Shown in pieces: positions 60,970 through 64,000 of a stretch of 64,000 nt of DNA. The notes beneath the pieces were generated by a model. That model was not told the origin of the DNA. It did no database searches and saw only the letters and a list, made by a program, of their open reading frames with translations. A program made the position numbers and the translations under genes. The stretch comes from Blepharisma stoltei ATCC 30299 (Eukaryota; Protista; Ciliophora). The stretch's first letter is position 1. Each line of letters opens with the position of its first letter. Location: the NCBI GenBank assembly GCA_965603825.1, contig CBFDEM010000056.1, forward strand, positions 806,001 to 870,000, given 5' to 3'.

Positions 60970-61791
60970 ATGGCTTTTAATTATCAATCAAAATTCACAA
61001 AAATCAAAAATTTGGAAAATGCCAACCTTCATCAATTTCCTGCAAAATCAGGGACTTACACTACCTCGTCTACTTACCAAAGCTCAAAACAGCAGCAAGT
61101 TTCTCAAGATAATAACGAAAGGTTTATAAGAAGATATAATATGCTAATGAACAGGTTTGCACAAAAAACCAATGAAAAGATTAATGAAAATCATCTGGAT
61201 CTTCAAAACTGTGACCTTCCTAATGAAAAAATTAAAGATCAAAATTTTGAATTTACCAGTGATACTACACATGGGCTTGAGAGCACCGTTTTGCCTCATT
61301 TTGGGGATATAAGCTCAATACAGGTTGAAGAATCTCAGCTGGAGTCTACAAATCATGAGCTATTTTTTAATGCAGGTGACGCGGAATCATACTTGCAGCC
61401 TTGGCATTTAGTTGAGCAGGCAGGAAGTGTTCCACAGAAGCGAGACCTTGATGAATTTGTAAAAAACTCAATGAAATATGGAGAAAAAGTTACCAAAATA
61501 TTAGCAGGCTCGGGGGTGGTGTCGCCTGCTAAACTGAAATCTTCCCCTCCAAGTTTTCCAATTAAAACTGAAAGAACATCAAAACTTAGACCGATATCAG
61601 AAGGGCATATAGATTTTATGAAATATAGATCACAAACTGCGAGAGCAGCAGCCAAACACAAGAGCGAAGTACCAATGAGTCCAGTAAAGCATATAACAGT
61701 GCGTCTGTCACCATCAATATCTTCATTAGAACTGCTGCAGCAAATTAAAAGCAAATCATATAAAAATTTGCTTGCGAATAAAAAGCGATAG
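60970..61791 (+). CDS. Unknown protein (273 aa)
   Basis: Single ORF from ATG to TAG with AT-rich flanks. Confidence 0.7.
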   Translation: MAFNYQSKFTKIKNLENANLHQFPAKSGTYTTSSTYQSSKQQQVSQDNNERFIRRYNMLMNRFAQKTNEKINENHLDLQNCDLPNEKIKDQNFEFTSDTTHGLESTVLPHFGDISSIQVEESQLESTNHELFFNAGDAESYLQPWHLVEQAGSVPQKRDLDEFVKNSMKYGEKVTKILAGSGVVSPAKLKSSPPSFPIKTERTSKLRPISEGHIDFMKYRSQTARAAAKHKSEVPMSPVKHITVRLSPSISSLELLQQIKSKSYKNLLANKKR

Positions 61792-62069
61792 ATGTGCTAC
61801 CCTAATTAGACACTAATTTTTAAAATAATTACTTCAAGTGTTTTAATTGGTATTTATAGGAGGGGTTATTAGGTTTTGAGGATAATAGTGCTATTAATCA
61901 GATAAAATCATAAATATGGTTGCTAACAAAGAAATAGTTTTAAAAAACTTATATGGAAATTAAAACTTCTATTTATTTATCTATTTTAAGCTATGATTTT
62001 TATTAATTATCACTTTTATATGTTTAAAATTATTGCTTTTAATTCCAACAAAATCAAAAAATACCAATT

Positions 62070-63851
62070 TTATTCAGTTATAAAAGTTTCTGTTTTTATT
62101 TCCTCTTTATTTTCTTCTACTACTGTCGGTGAGACTATTTCTTTTTCTAGCGTAACAGTATTTTCAATAATCTCAATAGGAGCTTCTTCTACTATTTTTT
62201 GATTAATTGTCTCAAAATTTTCTTCAACAACGCTTTCGTAAATAGGATCTGAAAGTTTATATTTTAACAAATAATCCAAATTCGCCAATTGAGTTTTGGC
62301 TTCTGGTGATTCTATTTCAGCATAATCATTGGTGAATACTTTTAGCGGCCTCACAGGTGGAGGGGTTTTTGATTGCTTTATTTTTTGAAATGGCACAAAT
62401 TGGCTGCGTGAAGTAATATTCCTTGCTGCTGCTAAGCTAAAAGGGCTTCTTGGCTCTATAGTAGGGTGATAATAATTAGACTGGTATGATAATGCCATTG
62501 ATTTTTTGCTTTTATATTCGTCTTCAATCCTCTTCTGCCTGAGCTCGTTTTTCAGTCTTTCTAGCTCATTTATTGCGTCAATTCTTTCATTATTAGAGTT
62601 GCTTGCTTCTTGGCGTATTTTTGTAATGATTTCTCTTAGCGCGTTGTGCTGGCCTACTAGCTCACTTCGTGACTGTCATACTTCTAGTTCTCTTGGCTTT
62701 ACATCATAAATTGTTTGCCTTTGGGGTTTGACTTCTTGATATTCTTTTGTCTGGAACTCCATTTTGGGCTTTTCAATTTCTCTTTCTTTCGGTGGTAGTG
62801 GTTCTTGAGAAAAAGGCTCACTAAATTCTGAATTTGTGTCTTCTCCTTTTTCAAATTTAATTTCTTTTTTATATTTATGCTCGAGCTCCTTTAGTTCTCT
62901 CATAATTTTAGCCTCTTCAATTTTTTCTTCAAGCAGTTTTCGCTGCTTTTGCTCTTCTTTTTGTCTCTGTCTTTCGAGAACTTGTTCTTGCAGCTCTTTT
63001 CTTCATTCGTCCTTTTGTTTTTGTTTATTATTTTGATAATCTTCATTTCGCAAAGGCTGTGGGCTATTTCCATTGGATCTTGGGTTGTTTTGGTGCTGAG
63101 GCTCAGGTTGAGAATTCATGAAATTTCCTGGTCTTTTGGTCACAATATTACCGTTTTCGTCTCTATTTGGAGCACCAGCGCCAGGCTTTCCAAATGGAAA
63201 ATATTCTTCTGAGGGACGGTTATTGGGGAAGACAGGGTAATTTATTTTTGAAGGTTGCTCCTGGAAAGACACTTTTTGAGGAATATTTTGGGAAAAATAA
63301 AAATTTGAAGAATATTGGTCTTGGGCTGGAAAAGTTTTGTCAGGAGTCAGCCATGTAGGCTCAGGCTCTTTTGAAAAATTATTTGAAAACGACTGTTGCC
63401 GATATCCAAATCCATTCATAAAATTTTGAGTTGGGATATTCCCTTCACTGCGGGTAAAAGATTGCTGGATAGGGTATGGTATGGGGTATGGTCTTGGCTC
63501 TTTATTTAGTGTATCAGGCACATAAGTTTCTTCGTTTTCTGGAATCCGACCTTTCCTTGTTTTCTTTTGTGATTCTTGCATACTTTTCTGGAATTCTTTC
63601 TTATATTCTTCCTGCATCAGTTTTCTTCTTTGTTCTCAATCACTGGTCGGGTTAGTAAAAAAATTGTTTCTCTCTTGAGCTGTTTTCTGGGCTTTTTGCT
63701 GCACAGGTGATTCAACTGTAAGTGTAGGCTTTTCTTGGTTTGACTCTAAACTTATATTTGATTGCACTCTTTGAAATCTTATAGGTGGATCTATACTAGA
63801 TTTTGAAGCATTTAAGTACCTTGCTATTGGCTCTAAAGAATATAAGCTCAT
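62070..63851 (-). CDS. CCDC66/CSPP1-like centrosomal/ciliary coiled-coil protein (593 aa)
   Basis: Four ORFs share one frame across TGA 63636, 63003 and 62676. Motifs FPFGKPGAGAPNRDENGN and E(W)RKELQEQVLERQRQK. Confidence 0.68.
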
Positions 63852-64000
63852 TTATCTTCTAAGATTAAATTTTATCTTTATTTAAAACAAGAAGATTTTA
63901 ACAAAATAAACCTATCCTCTCTGCATATAACACAAAATTTAGTATAATTCTTAATTTATTTCTTATACCTTTTATATAAAACGACTCCAGCCAATATAAT

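Noticed and set aside
3167-63851. A functional cluster of ciliary genes (dynein heavy chain, LC8, Dpy-30 proteins, CCDC81-like, CCDC66-like, TRIM37)
   Set aside because: They are interspersed with unrelated housekeeping genes, and ciliary genes are abundant in ciliates. I cannot claim enrichment without a genome-wide test.
1-64000. Fragmented ORFs read as pseudogenes or as selenocysteine (TGA=Sec) genes
   Set aside because: Fragments stay in frame, and the TGAs align with conserved Trp rather than Cys in many unrelated families.
1-64000. CRISPR arrays, telomeric repeats, transposons, rRNA
   Set aside because: No repeat-spacer pattern, telomeric tract, terminal inverted repeats, transposase/RT motifs or rRNA-like sequence were seen.

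Overview
This is eukaryotic, AT-rich and extremely gene-dense DNA, not a prokaryotic locus. The supplied ORF track fragments most genes because TGA is read as Trp here. In-frame TGA falls on invariant Trp positions in several unrelated families (chitin synthase QRRRW, TRIM37 MATH WRLKVYP and GECWGY, nocturnin MQWN, Ap4A phosphorylase WMLLVPR, Lon, F-box). Every gene I could follow to its end stops at TAA or TAG. Three 15-16 nt GT-AG introns are needed to rejoin reading frames. UGA=Trp plus 15-16 nt introns points to a heterotrich ciliate of the Blepharisma type, most likely macronuclear DNA; this is an inference. About 32 protein-coding genes reconstruct cleanly, including a 4143-aa DNAH1-like dynein heavy chain, chitin synthase, peroxisomal-type Lon, nocturnin, RPC31, ITFG2, APE2-like, LC8, RPL3, TRIM37, fumarase, a PAP2 phosphatase and an HU-CCDC81/EF-hand protein. 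I found no supportable RNA genes, transposons, CRISPR arrays or telomeres. The most interesting observations are: (1) a chitin synthase fused in frame to a C-terminal XRE/RodZ-like helix-turn-helix; (2) an intact APE2-like gene with several catalytic residues and its PIP box substituted; (3) a B-box/degenerate-NYN/OHA/LOTUS protein; (4) seven genes separated by only 76 bp of intergenic DNA in total; (5) strongly gene-dependent TGA versus TGG usage. All homology calls come from motif recognition by eye, not from database searches.
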